64,000 nt of DNA, from the NCBI GenBank assembly GCA_010093745.1, contig MU005968.1:248001-312000 (forward strand), read 5' to 3'. The notes beneath the pieces were generated by a model that worked only from the letters and a program-made list of their open reading frames with translations, had not been told where the DNA came from and made no database searches. The DNA comes from Piedraia hortae CBS 480.64 (lineage: Eukaryota). The translations under genes were made by a program, and so were the position numbers. Each line of letters opens with the position of its first letter. The first letter of the stretch is position 1. This document shows positions 11,502 to 23,699 of this stretch, piece after piece.

Positions 11502-11779
11502 GGAGGGCGCGAAAATTCTGAGGTTTTACAATGTCTACAGATGCAAACCCGTCTGCCACCATGGCAAAACTGGATTCATTCGCTGATATTGAGAGACTTG
11601 TGTTATTGAGAAGTATCAGTGCCATACCTCGGCCTGATAACAAAGACTATACAAAGAAAAATCCTGTATAGCAAAATACTCAAAGAGCATAAAGAGGACA
11701 GCGGGGCAGTGGAGTAATATTCAAGACTATCTGAACAAAGCTACTTGTATAGAAGCTCGCTGCTGAACATCAGAAAACA

Positions 11780-12143
11780 TGTTGGATTCAAGCATCGCCG
11801 CTAGCGCGTATGCAGGGCACTTGCATAGCAAGTCAGCGATACCTCCTACACTACCGGCTGCACCCTAGGTTTTTCCCTCATAGAGGTTTTCCCTGAGGGT
11901 CATGTCATATGTGACATGGTGAATACGCCCCGCTAGTGTACGACGTGACGTCACCGGCCCACCGGTACAGAATTTTCATTCTGACGTCCCCTTATAGAGA
12001 GACATAGTCATTTCACACTACCATACTGCAACTGGTATTTTGACTTACATACATCTACATCTTTCCTGTCCCTGATTCCGTCTATCGCTCCGTCCTCTTC
12101 TGGTCGCTGTGCACTCTCACCCACGAGAGCCAAAATATCTACA
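11780..12143 (-). mobile_element. Solo LTR family 1, with TSD AAACA
   Basis: TGTTGG...CTACA; AAACA at 11775-11779 and 12144-12148. Confidence 0.92.
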
Positions 12144-12439
12144 AAACACGGCTTTGTAAAAACTAAATCTTCAGAACGCGTACGCTAGGCAACAACTATC
12201 TTCCAACAACTTGAATGAAAGGACAACTGGGCGACAAGGTTCAAACAGACGAAGCGCCAACACAATCCGTCGGCAGTTCATTGTCTGCGTACAGTTCAAT
12301 GCTGGAGGTTGGGAAGACAAACAAGCACGAGTCTTGGGAGCCATTCGTGGGAGATGCGGATATAACGCCAAGCAGATCGTGAAGAAATATGAAACCGCCC
12401 AAACTGCCTTAGGATGCAACAAGATAAGCAATACCAACT

Positions 12440-13230
12440 GACGAGACCGGTTTTTCTCACCAGCTGTGTGTGAACCTTGATGCTCTTGATATCGATTGCT
12501 GCATTGGGGTAGCGGACTTTGGGGCCAAACTTAATAAGATCTGGGTGCAAATGTTTCAGGCCCATGAGACAGCAGCCGAGCCAGTGTGCTTTGTGATACA
12601 GAGGTACCTGCGCCGATTAGGCATGAGATTTACAAATTTACCACATCTTTCAACCTGCAGTTCCAAACTGTATCTACACACAATTCAGACGGGGATGTAA
12701 AGAGGGCATTTTATTCATAGAAACTACTGAAACTGCTGAAGAGTTTGAAAAACGAGATTTGAAGTCAAATGACACTACTGCCTTGAATGGCCAAGAAGAA
12801 AGGCCAAAGCCAAAAGATTTGATACTGTTGCCCCTCGACACTGAGCTTCAGACATTTGTTGCCCATCTGCCTACGTTGCTAAGCGGACTCCCAAACTTGG
12901 AAGCAGTCCATCTTAACACTTCGGAATTCTACTCCCGATTGGAGCGGTCTACGTCCTTACTTGGTCGGCCTTCACAATCTTTCTGAGCTTTCAATTTTAA
13001 AGGGCGTCGCATATCCCTTCTTGGAGGATTTACTCCCCCGCCTCGGACAGCTCCTTTCCCTCGCTACAGGAACTGACCCTTGGTCTAACCTGGGAGAAAG
13101 TGCCATTCATTCCATGACTTTTGCTGTATTTGATCAGTCTACGCCTGCTTGTCGATTCCGAAGACACACAGTTAGACATCTGTGAGGGCATTCGTCACCT
13201 CACCAATCTGCGGAGTTTTGACCTTGAGCT
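12440..13230 (+). pseudogene. Decayed gene fragment with LRR/F-box-associated-like leucine periodicity
   Basis: Fragments LSGLPNLEAVHL, LHNLSELSIL and IRHLTNLRSFDLEL lie in different frames. Confidence 0.35.
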
Positions 13231-13231
13231 C

Positions 13232-13387
13232 GGTAGCGATTTGGCTCCCGTGGGTGAGATTGCGCAGCGATCCGAGGAGGACGTAGCGATAGACGGAATC
13301 AGGGACAGGACGGATGTAGATGGATATGAGTCAATACTGTCGATTTGACAGTGTGAATGACTATATATCTCTATGAGGGGACGTTCA
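13232..13387 (+). mobile_element. First half of LTR family 1, ending at the central palindrome
   Basis: Matches 37259-37417 and stops at ...GGGGACGTTCA. Confidence 0.88.
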
Positions 13388-16300
13388 CGAGGATACCGCT
13401 CGCCCTGTCTCGCGCACTACACCTCCGTCCGGGGTCCACCTTCGGTCCGAGCACCACTCTCTCCACACCCCATTCGAGGAGAGAGTTGCCGCCGGATTCT
13501 TCCCTTGTACTCAACCCTCGGACGAGGAGTATACTGACAGTGAAGAGGAAGCACAGTTCGACCCCGCGATGGATGCTAAGTCGACCAGTTAAGAGGTCTC
13601 CTCCGATGGGGGCCAGACCTTCGATGGCAAACCCGACAAGCTGCCTGCGTTACTTATGCACGTGTGCCTGAAGGAGCTTCTAGACAGCGATCTGAGGGAC
13701 CAGGCCATAAAATGCGCGTACGCTGCAAACCAAATCCGAGGCCACGCCCAGAAATGGTTCGTTCGTATAGCGCCGGCCCAACCTCAGCTCCTGCAACGAT
13801 GGAACAACCTAGAGGCCGCTCTCGTTGAAGTATTCGGGGAAACCGATACGGTGCGCCGCCAACGGGCAGAGCGCCAAATCAAGCAACTCAAGCAGGCTAC
13901 GACAGTGTTCCAGTTGGTGGCAGAGCTAGAGGGACTCGCCGATCAGCTCAACTGGCCCGAACAGGCCCGCCGCACCGCCTTCTTGAACGCCCTGAAGCGC
14001 GGCCTCCGTGCAGACCTCTACAAACGACCGGAGGATAGCTATGCTGTCCTGAAGGAAACGGCCCGCCAACTAGAGGCGGCGGCGGCGTTGGCCTCAGGGC
14101 CAGTGGGCGCCCCACGCCGCACCCGCCGTGGTGGCAAGAAGGGCGGAAAGACAAGATATCACCGATGCCACCGGACGGGACACCTACAGAAAGACTGCTA
14201 CGCGAAAACTACCGCTGAAGGCAAGGCTATCAACTTCATTCAGGCCAGCGAATCACTGCAAACTCCGGAGCACCAAACTCCCGTGGTCATTGGCGGTCGC
14301 ACCGTCCAAGCTCTCATGGATACGGGGGCAGCCGTTAGTTGCATCCAGAAAAACCTGGCCCCCAAAGGAACGCCTGCCCTCGACGGTTACGTTGAAGGGG
14401 CCAACCGGGATTCCCCTGGCGGAGCACGCGGAATCTTGTATCATTGAGGTCGAAGGCAAAGCCGCGGTTTGTTACGTGGTCTCAAACCTCATGGTGAACC
14501 TCATCTTAGGTCTTCCCTTTACCAATGGAGAAGGACTCACGGGCGTTTGCCACTTGCGCACGGAAGACCAACTTAAGCCCGGTAAGCGGGCCAGGGCCCT
14601 TACTGTATCGGAGGATCGTGCGCTCAAGGATACTCTGGCGGAGGGGCTGGCCAACCACTGGATCCAACCCTCGACATCGGAGACGGCGGCAAAACATTTC
14701 GTTCGTACCCAAAAAAGACGGTTCATTCCGCATGTGCGTCGATTATCGTAGCCTAAATGAGATCACCCTGCCTGACGAATACCTCTTACCGAACCGCTAT
14801 GACCTCCTACAGAAAGCAACTCCGTCACGGTTCTTCACGGTGCTCGATGTGGTCAAGGCAATCCACCACATCCTAGTCTAACCAATATCGCGTCAGCTTA
14901 CGGCCTTCCAGACACCATACGGGACATATCAATACTGCATTATGCCCTTTGGGATGCGCAGCGGGCCGGCAATCTTCCAGCGGTACATCAATCACGTTCT
15001 ACGCCCTGCCGCAGAATTCGCATTCGCTTATTTGGATGACATCCTAATCTTCTCCAATACTGCGGACACACGCGCCCACCACGTTCACGAGGTACGCACC
15101 CTGCTCCAAGCAGCACACCTGTGCGTTGCTGAGGACAAGTGCCAAATCGCACGAACGCGCGTCAAATACTTGGGTCACTGGCTATCGCACAAGCAAATCG
15201 CACCACCACTACGCCCTGAGCGACTGGCCGCAACCAACGTCCAAACGTGATTTACAGCAATTCCTGGGCATCGTTAACTGGTTCCGGCCCTTCCTTCCCC
15301 GACTATCCCACCTCGCCGCCCCGCTTTATTCCTTGACGGGGAACGAACCCTTTGTCTGGCAAGAGGTCCATACCCGTGCTTTTCGCGACATACGCACCTT
15401 AACCACCCAAGCCCTTCCCATTGCTTCATTCGACGCCAACATGCCGCTTGATATATTCACCGACGCCCCGCTTTTCGCTACTGGCGCGATCGCCCTGCAA
15501 AACGACCGACCTGTCTCCATTCTTAGTCAGAGCCTTTCCTCCGCTGAGCGCAACTATTCCACCACGGAACGTGAAATGCTAGCCGTTGTCCGCGCCATTA
15601 AACAGCTGGGACTGGCAGGTCATCCCGGCCGGACCAAAACCTTAGATCTCGTCAGACAGAATTATATTTGGCCGCGAATGCGCCAGGATGTAGCACGCTT
15701 TGTGCGAAACTGCAACACATGTCGACGATCAAAGGCATCAAGACAGGCTCCATTCGGGCTCCTACAACCGCTACAAGTACCTTTGGGCAAATGGGAGGAC
15801 ATTTCCATCAATTATATCACGGATTTGCCTGAATGCAAGCGGAATAACCAAGTCTACAGGCACATCTTGGTCGTGGTAGACCGACTGACGAGAATGTGCC
15901 ATTGCATTCCCATGGCAAGCCTGGAAGTCCCGGATTTGGTTGATGGATTTCTTTAGCGGGTCTGGTCCCTACACGGCACCCCACTGTCCATTGTCAGTGA
16001 CCGAGGATCCCAGTTCGTCTTCATTTCTTGGGGACAGTTAAGCAACGCGACTCGGTACGACATAAACGCCCTCATCATCGCATCATCCTCAGACAGACGG
16101 GCAAACCGAAAACGCGAATGCCTGTATGGGAGTCTATCTCCGATCGTATGTCAACTACCTCCAGGACGATAGGTACGATTGGTTGCCAATGGCCGAATTT
16201 GCAGCCAACAATTCGTGCTCGGAATCCACAGGCCTGACACCTTTTTTCGCCAACTACTTCGCTCACCCCAGAATGGGAACGGAACTGCAAGGCCCGCAAC

Positions 16301-16608
16301 CGCCACGTATGACGTTCAAACAGAGACAAGACTACTTGGCAGCGAACGACTATGCAGAGAAGCTGCAGCAGATGTTGGATCATCTTCAAGCGACCTTGAG
16401 ATTAAGAGCCACATCGGGCAACTGACACAAATATTCTTTTAAAACAGGGCATGGCACCACCCTACCACAAATCAAGGCCGTTCAGCACAGGAGAAAATAA
16501 GATCATCAAGGAGTGGTTGGATGATCAACTGGCCAAGGGTTTCATCAGGAGGTCGATTTCGCCTGCCGCAGCGCCGATCTTCATTGCAAGGAAACCTGGC
16601 GGTGGAGT
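13388..16608 (+). mobile_element. Degenerate mosaic Ty3/Gypsy internal region: gag, protease, RT, truncated RNase H, integrase, then a second RT N-terminal fragment
   Basis: Zinc knuckle (HRCHRTGHLQKDC), ALMDTGA, FVPKKDGSFRMCVDYR, MPFG, AYLDD, ERNYSTTEREML, GHPG...CNTC, IVSDRG, then KEWLDDQLAKGFIRRSISPAAAP; several frameshifts and stops. Confidence 0.92.
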
Positions 16609-16808
16609 TGAAAATTCTGTACCGGGTGGGCTGGCGACGTCACATCGTACACTAGCAGAGCGCATTCGCCATGTCAAATATAACATGATCCTGAGGAAAA
16701 ACCTCTGTGAGGGAAAAACCTAGAGTGCAGCTAGTAGTGTAGGAGGTATCGCTGACTTGCTATGCAAGTGCCCCGCATACGCGCTAGCGGCGATGCTTGA
16801 ATCCAACA
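16609..16808 (+). mobile_element. Second half of LTR family 1, starting inside the central palindrome
   Basis: TGAAAATTCTGTACC...GAATCCAACA matches 37421-37618. Confidence 0.88.
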
Positions 16809-17510
16809 ATATGATGATGACTTAAACAAGACGATGCTGAAGTGTGCAGTTATCAACAGTTATGTTTCAAAAACCAACAAGGCTTTAGCGGCACGAGGGG
16901 CAACCCGGACGCTGGCTTTACAAATCCAACGGCGAGGCACTGTCCTGAGTGACGTGTACCCGGTGCGACCCGGCGGCCGCAGCCGACCCGCACTTCTGCC
17001 CTTGTGACGCACGCACTCAGCAGTTCACTTTCAACCACAGACACACACATCGCTTGGATTTATCTCTTCGCATTATTCTGTCGTTTCTCTTCCACATTCG
17101 TTAACAAACGTCCGTGCGAACCGACAGTTCACTCTTCCGCGTCGCCTCCAAAACACCTAAAATCTACACTGCCATCCCTGCACCTGGGTCTGCACCCCAC
17201 CCTCCCGATCATCACTCTTTTACGCAACTTTCAACATGGCACAGACCAGAACGTCCAAAAGCAAGTGCAAACGTGCCGCCAAACAGGAGTCAGAAATCTC
17301 AACGCCAAAGCGACTGAGGCAGGCCCGCGGTCAGGGGGTTGCCTCATCCAAATCGCCAACTCCCCGTGTGGAGCCTACCCGAGTAGAGTCGACCCAAGAG
17401 GAACCTGCCCCAGCAGAAGCGAGTCATGTCAGAAAGGTGTACGTCCGTGTGGTAAGGTGGAACGTGGACCAAAGACAGATGTGTGCGCTTGACTCTGACC
17501 AAAAGGTAGT

Positions 17511-17859
17511 TGTAGATGTCTACATCTCTATGAAGTGAAGTCGGAGAAACCTTCTCCACTCTATCTCAGTCTAGCCGCATTTGCCAGTACAGCGTCATCG
17601 AAACATGCAAGAACATGAACGAAACGATGACCCGTCCCAAGGGAAAACCTCCTCCAGAGAGGTAAAAGCCCTAAGAAGCCTCGACCTGTATATATGCTGG
17701 CAGAGGCGACCTGGCTGTAAACTGCATGAGATGGCTAATCGTCTTACAAGTCAACAGGAAGTTGTGCGCGAGGATAAGCCAAGGCACACGTCCTCTTCCT
17801 GCTAGCGGTCACATAAAAGTCTGGCGAACTTCCCTTTGCACTTCCCACGATCCATGACA
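17511..17859 (+). mobile_element. LTR-like repeat, family 2
   Basis: TGTAGATGTCTA...CATGACA; homologous to 27517-27736 and, inverted, to 38666-39415; no TSD; abuts mid-gag. Confidence 0.65.
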
Positions 17860-19095
17860 GGTTCGGGCAGACGGATGCCTCCCGTCGTGTGCGGGCAGCG
17901 AAACAATGGGAACGACTCCGCTACTCCTCCCCCGGCCAATTGCGGGCCGAGGTAGAGATGCTCGGTAGCCAGTTGAAGTTAGATTTCCCGGCGCAGGAAC
18001 ATAAGATCTACGAGATCCTTCCGCGCTCCTTTTTAATGTACCTGGGCCCTATGGGCTCTGAGGAATCGCTATCGGACCTCTGCGATGCCATTGAGAAAGC
18101 AAGCCTCACGGTTGGAGTCACCGGACAAGACGTGGCTACGAAAAAGCCTAACTCTCGTCGGCGCTCTCGTAACAAGAACAAGACCAACCCCATTTGCGGC
18201 CGATGCAAAAGGACCGGCCACCCGGAGTCCAAATGTTACGCGAAGACGACCTCGGACGGGAAGGCTATCAATGCCGTCCGCGTCAAAGGTGCCCACCAGG
18301 ACCTACTCCGGCGGAGGACGCTGCGGATCGGCAACGCCGAACTGTCAGCGCTCTTGGACTCGGGGGCAGAGTTGAACTGCATCCGTGCTTCGCTATGGGA
18401 TGGGCCTACGGAGGCCTCGTCTGTATCCATTCAAGGCATCCTGGGCGAAACAGTTGCCACCCATCTGTCCACCGCGCTTATTACGGTGGACGACCGAGTG
18501 TTTACGTTCTACTTGGTACCGAACCTCCATGAGGAAGCAATTCTGGGCGAGCCCTATTTCGCGTCCACTCAAGAGCTCGCAGTTTGCGCATTCGAAACAG
18601 AAGGCACCATGTCAGACGGTGGCCGCCTCCGCGCCCTCTCCATACCGGAAGACAGGGCCATGACTGAGTATATCGCTCGGGCCCTTGACCGCCAGTGGAT
18701 TCGCCCGGCCTCGCCTTCGGTTAGCTGCAATCCTCTCTTCGTTCCCAAGAAGGATGGGACCCTCCGGATGTGCATTGATTACAGACCGTTGAACGCGATC
18801 ACCAAGCGCGATAAGTATCCCTTACCTAAACTGATGGACTTACTCAAGCGTGCCGCGACTGGACACGTCTTCTCTGTCTTGGACCTGAAGGACGCCTTCT
18901 ACAACATTCGTATCCTTCCTGGCCAAGAGCGCCTTACGGCCTTTAAAACGCCCAGCGGCTGCTTCGAGTACCTAGTCATGCCCTTTGGGATAACCAATGG
19001 GCCTCCTGTGTTCCAAAAGTTTATGGATGCCCTGCTCCAGCCGGTGTCAACGTTTGCAGCTGCATACATCGATGATATTGTTGTCTTTTTCTGTC
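17860..19095 (+). mobile_element. Ty3/Gypsy gag-protease-RT fragment, same lineage as the 13.4-kb element
   Basis: CGRCKRTGHPESKCYAKTTSDGKAIN, ALLDSGAE, FVPKKDGTLRMCIDYR, LDLKDAF, MPFGITNGP, YIDD; truncated right after YIDD. Confidence 0.93.
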
Positions 19096-20170
19096 CTTGA
19101 GTACAACGCGCTGAGCAGTATGGGGACCGCGAGTGCCATCGATCCGAGGCTGGTTGGAAATACAGTGGACGTAACCACTGCAGCAAACGAGGTCGCTGCG
19201 TTTATTCAACAGGGAAATCCATTGGATCCGCACTATCTCAGACACATCCTCCGTGTGACCTCGCTCGTAGTGGCAAATCGTATGATTATGAGCTGTTTAC
19301 AGATGCTTGCTCGCGAGGTGGCTAAGCTTCGAGTGCAACATAGCCAGCTCGAGACACAGGTTGCACACCTTGTTCAGAATGAACAGCAGAAAACCCAGCT
19401 GGCGAGCCTTAATGCTGTAAGTGGTATATTCAAGCTCTTGAATGCAGCGAGCTTGACGGTGCTACAGACAGGCCGAACTATCATGATGGAGAAGCTTCTT
19501 TGGAGCAACAAGGCTCTCGAGTGGGCAGACGGTCCAAAGACCGCCGTAAGTAATGACTCCTGGACAATACTTTCTTACGTTGGAAGGCCAACTAACTGTT
19601 TCACAGCCTGCTCTTTTCACCTGGGGTGTCTCTTCGGAGGCTGCCAGCAGCGAGGTGGTAAAGCTTGTCGGTAAAATCGAGTCCGACTACATGAGCAAGC
19701 TGAAGGACCGGCTGGGCAAAGAGGGAGTTCTGGAATAGTCCTTGGGGGTTGTACTCCAAGCGGTTGGGGAAACCGATCTGAGACGGGCTTTCGTCTCACC
19801 AAAGCACGACCTAACAGCGTCATGCCACCGCGGTGTGGGTAAGTAGTTCCCTTCCTGTCACTCGTGGTTGAACGCTAAAGACAATGCGCAGCGTTTCAAG
19901 GCCAGGACGGCCACCCTTTCGGACCGCAAATTCTTCAAAAACGCCGACAAGGCGTACGATGAGCTCCCAGAACTGAGCAAATATGTAACACCTCAGCAGA
20001 TACCTTGACGCTTGTCGATGCCAATGTATAAGTCAGGCATGCTCTTCTTCGCCGAGATGCCCAAAAATACGGCTTGGAAGGCCCAACCGTCGGTGGGGCG
20101 AGCATCCTGGCCTCAAATAATGCCACAGTTGGTCAGATAGCGCTGACCTACGCCTCCTATGACCTCGCCC
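19096..20170 (+). pseudogene. Intron-containing gene fragment of unknown function, fused to the truncated RT
   Basis: Coiled-coil-like ORF pieces separated by GTAAGT...(CTAAC)...CAG intron-like segments at ~19416, ~19546 and ~19839. Confidence 0.4.
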
Positions 20171-20403
20171 ATTGATGGCAGGATTTAGATAGCGGATGGT
20201 CTAAACGAAAATCTGTCCCATCGCACAACTAATCCCCAATCTCCAAGTATCTTGCCAGAAGTCTCTTCAAGCCATGCTGCAAGATCGATTGAGTCTCGCT
20301 GCGATTCGCCAAGTATCTTGTGTCGACTCTCAAAGTATTATAACTTTCTTCGCTGAATCTTGTTGCAATATTCGCTGCTTTATGCCACAAGGTATCGCGC
20401 ATT

Positions 20404-20598
20404 TTGCTGCAATACGGTCCCACTCTTCTTACGCCTTGTGGCGATATTCTCTACGTCTTGCCGCGAAATTGATACATCTCTCAGCGAGACCCTCTATATC
20501 TCGCCTAGTACTGCTGCAATGATCGCTACATTACGCTGCGAGATTTGGTGCGTCTTCCTACAAGACACAATTAAAGGAGTGGGACCGTATTGCAGCAA
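20404..20598. repeat. Perfect 22-bp inverted repeat with 151-bp spacer, inside a field of short degenerate repeats
   Basis: TTGCTGCAATACGGTCCCACTC (20404-20425) and GAGTGGGACCGTATTGCAGCAA (20577-20598). Confidence 0.85.
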
Positions 20599-21238
20599 GA
20601 CGTGGGCCTTCTGATAGTGTAGGGTCTGGGTACCGTCGTTTCGAACGGAAAGCAGAGTTTCGGTTATCGATCGGCCGTTCGGAGATATCACCACGCCAAT
20701 TGTACGTCTTACGGTCAAGACTTCGGGATTTACCGGTGAACATCGAATTAGTGAAAACTGAGACTGCAACGGAGTACCTGTGGATGGATTGAACGGTGCA
20801 ATGGCTGTAAATGTGGCGGGCCTTGTCCTTTAGGCTTGAATTTTATACACACGCGTATCATCGTTGAATTTCCTCACAGCTGTTCTCGTTAATGCCGATG
20901 TCAACGCGCAAAGTGGCGTGGCATCCCCCAACGTGCGAAGTTCCGCCGATATTTTGGCATACGCGATATCCTGACGATATTCCACCGATACGCGGTCAAC
21001 CCCCGAATGCTGCCTACATACTGCAGATACGCTATCAGCCTTTCATACACGGCTAATCTCTGACTGAATGTGAGTTCTCAATTTTCAGAAGTTCACGTAT
21101 CAAATCGGTTTGTGTGTCTACAGGCTGTGGACACGCAATTTCTACCCCACAATATTGTCTTTCGCGTCACCTCCCATTCCTATTCTCACTAACATGAGCG
21201 GTGGGTAGAGACAACCTAGCTGTATGTGGTTTACAGTC

Positions 21239-22290
21239 TTACATGTTTGAGTGCTGCCATGGCACAGCATCATCAGAATAAGAGACGTGGTCTGTGGTCA
21301 TGCGCACAAATGTCTTTTCATTGTATGAGATCCTGATCGTCCTATCCATCTTGCCACCGTATAGCTCGGTCTGGAAAGGGAAGATGATATGCACAAAGCA
21401 TGCCTCATAACTATCGACCATCGGGTTCACAAGTCCGAAAAATAGTTAGGCCACAGTTTCGTCCATCTTCTCCATGTCGTCCATCCACTCTTTACCTAGA
21501 AGTTCTGCTTCCTTTCCCTCGAGCCTGATTTGCTCACCCGCATAGATCAAGAGGTTGGTAAAAGTACTATTGGTAAACACATCCTGGCGTTTTGTGGCAG
21601 CAACCTGGAGAACTCGACGCAGATCTTCGTCATCACGGCTCATCGCGTGAAGCTTCCAAAGATACTGCTCCCTGTACGGGTCCCCTCTGGCGATGTACAT
21701 TCGCTGAAACCATGCAACAAGCTGACCAATCCACCGCGGAATGGGCACCCAGGGCACATATGGCACGTCGACCCCGGGTATAAGCGTTGCGACGGCAAAG
21801 GAGCTTATCATGGTGCGTGGAATGCGTGGTTTGGGTCGATTTTCGACCTCAAACTGACTTATGAACAAACTTTGGGCCGCGCCTGGGAGTTGACTTACGG
21901 GCTGGTGGCGTCGGCGCGACAAGGAATTCACTTGAAGTTGAGCAACCCCGTCAAGACACGATTGGTTGCTCCCCTGTTAATGATTAGCATCATTCTATCA
22001 GGCCTTCATGAGACATACATCCTGCACCGGTAGAGCCTGCGTTTCATAGAGTCTGACGTAAGGATTTGGCCGAAAACAGGTTCTCCAGTCAGTTTCTGGA
22101 GGGTTAAAATTTATCAGGGACACATTGACGTTCGAGATCTCTGGAAAACTCGATAGTTCTTCAATCTGTTGATTCTGCTCTCTTGTTGAAGTTACGAGCT
22201 TCGAGACATTGCAGGGAGGCGGCCCAGGGCACATTGAATGCACAGGTGCCATGATCTTTGAAAAATATCGTAGTAACTTTTTGGCCAATG
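21239..22290 (-). pseudogene. Decayed or chimeric fragments of fungal hypothetical genes
   Basis: Protein-like ORF pieces (LVAWFQRMYIARGDPYREQYLWKLH; YEACFVHIIFPFQTELYGG) broken by stops. Confidence 0.35.
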
Positions 22291-23699
22291 GTATGTACGG
22301 GGTGGATGGTTGTCCACAAAAGAGGGGAACTGTACAAGGAACAATAAGTCAGCCCTTTGAACTGGAATGTATGGTTTTCAGATGCATGATGCGGGCAGGT
22401 AGTCATCAGCTTGAGCATACACAAAAGTTGCAGGTACGAAGAGGGCTTACCACAAATGAAAGCCAAACACTCAGTGAGGTAACTGCTTCGTACAGCGGTT
22501 CTTGAGCAGTTTTAAGTGGTCCTTGCTGGCTTGTATATATGGTGACAATAGTGCAGTGTTACGTGCAGGTGAACATAGAAATTGGCAGCGCAAGAAGTAT
22601 GGAGCTCCTTTAGAGCTAGTCATGTAAGTCCCCACATCGGAAGGGTCCCACTTGGAAGAGTCATCGCGGATCCTGAACCCTTTACCAGTCTTGAGTTAAC
22701 TGCTTACATAATAATTTCAAGACGTCGGTCTTTGGTGGCACAGCTCCATGGCACCGGGGTGGTTCCCAACTTTTGGCTTAATCTTTAAGGATCAGCACCT
22801 AAGAATCCCATAAGGTATATGTTCGCGTATTCAAGACATCAAGGCTTCTTTTCATTGGGAAAAGGAGGTTAGAAGGCCTCATGACGAACTATGATGCGTC
22901 ATATCAAGCTTTCTAACCAACATGAGTATAAAGTTCCAGGTGTATGACTTGGCAAGAGCAGGCGGACGAAGGACGACAACAGAGGAAGTGGGATAGGCAC
23001 CCTCTTGTTGGTTGCTTCGAAGTCTCAAATGCTATGTGATTTAAGTGTCGTGCACAGCGATATTAAGGAGTTGAATAAGAATGAACTGCGGGGCATTCAG
23101 GCACATTCTTCAGGCATCACGGATCAATCCGACCCGGAATTACGCGAAACTGCTGATGTAATCCAAATTGACTTCCCTCAAACGGCAACTTTCAGTAATC
23201 TCAAGGATCAGGTCGGCCATTGATCCTTGGGACTGATGCCTGAAAGCCCCACTATTTACTCCTATTTACTTTCTTAACAACCCTGCTCCCGCCCAGTGAG
23301 TCACCACTTTCACGCAGTCCGCTGACATCTCGACACCTTGACACCGGAACGAATCCCATCACGCTAACCTCTTTCGTTTGTGTGTCTTCCCAGTTCAAGA
23401 TGTTAACTAGAATCCCGGCGACGATGTCTGCGCAGCCTGAATAACAGCGCCCAGGGCGTTTAATGAGTTCGCACAGTCTGAAAGGGCGTAGGTGCAACAA
23501 ATTTCCATTCAAGCGCGCCAGTGATACGATCTAAGGATTCGGTCAGTGATCTTCGACACGCATATGGCTGGTGCGGCATGTTTGACTGGTAACTAATTCT
23601 CCTCCACGCTGCTACACGGCTTCGCGACTGTCTTTGGGTATCGTGGAGGGATCTGGGAAAAAATGACAAGGGCTGGACACTGGTGCAGGAAGGGAAATT

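Noticed and set aside
13232..16808. DIRS/Ngaro split-direct-repeat retroelement
   Set aside because: The interior encodes an aspartic protease and DDE integrase, not a tyrosine recombinase, and the joined repeat has 5-bp TSDs elsewhere.
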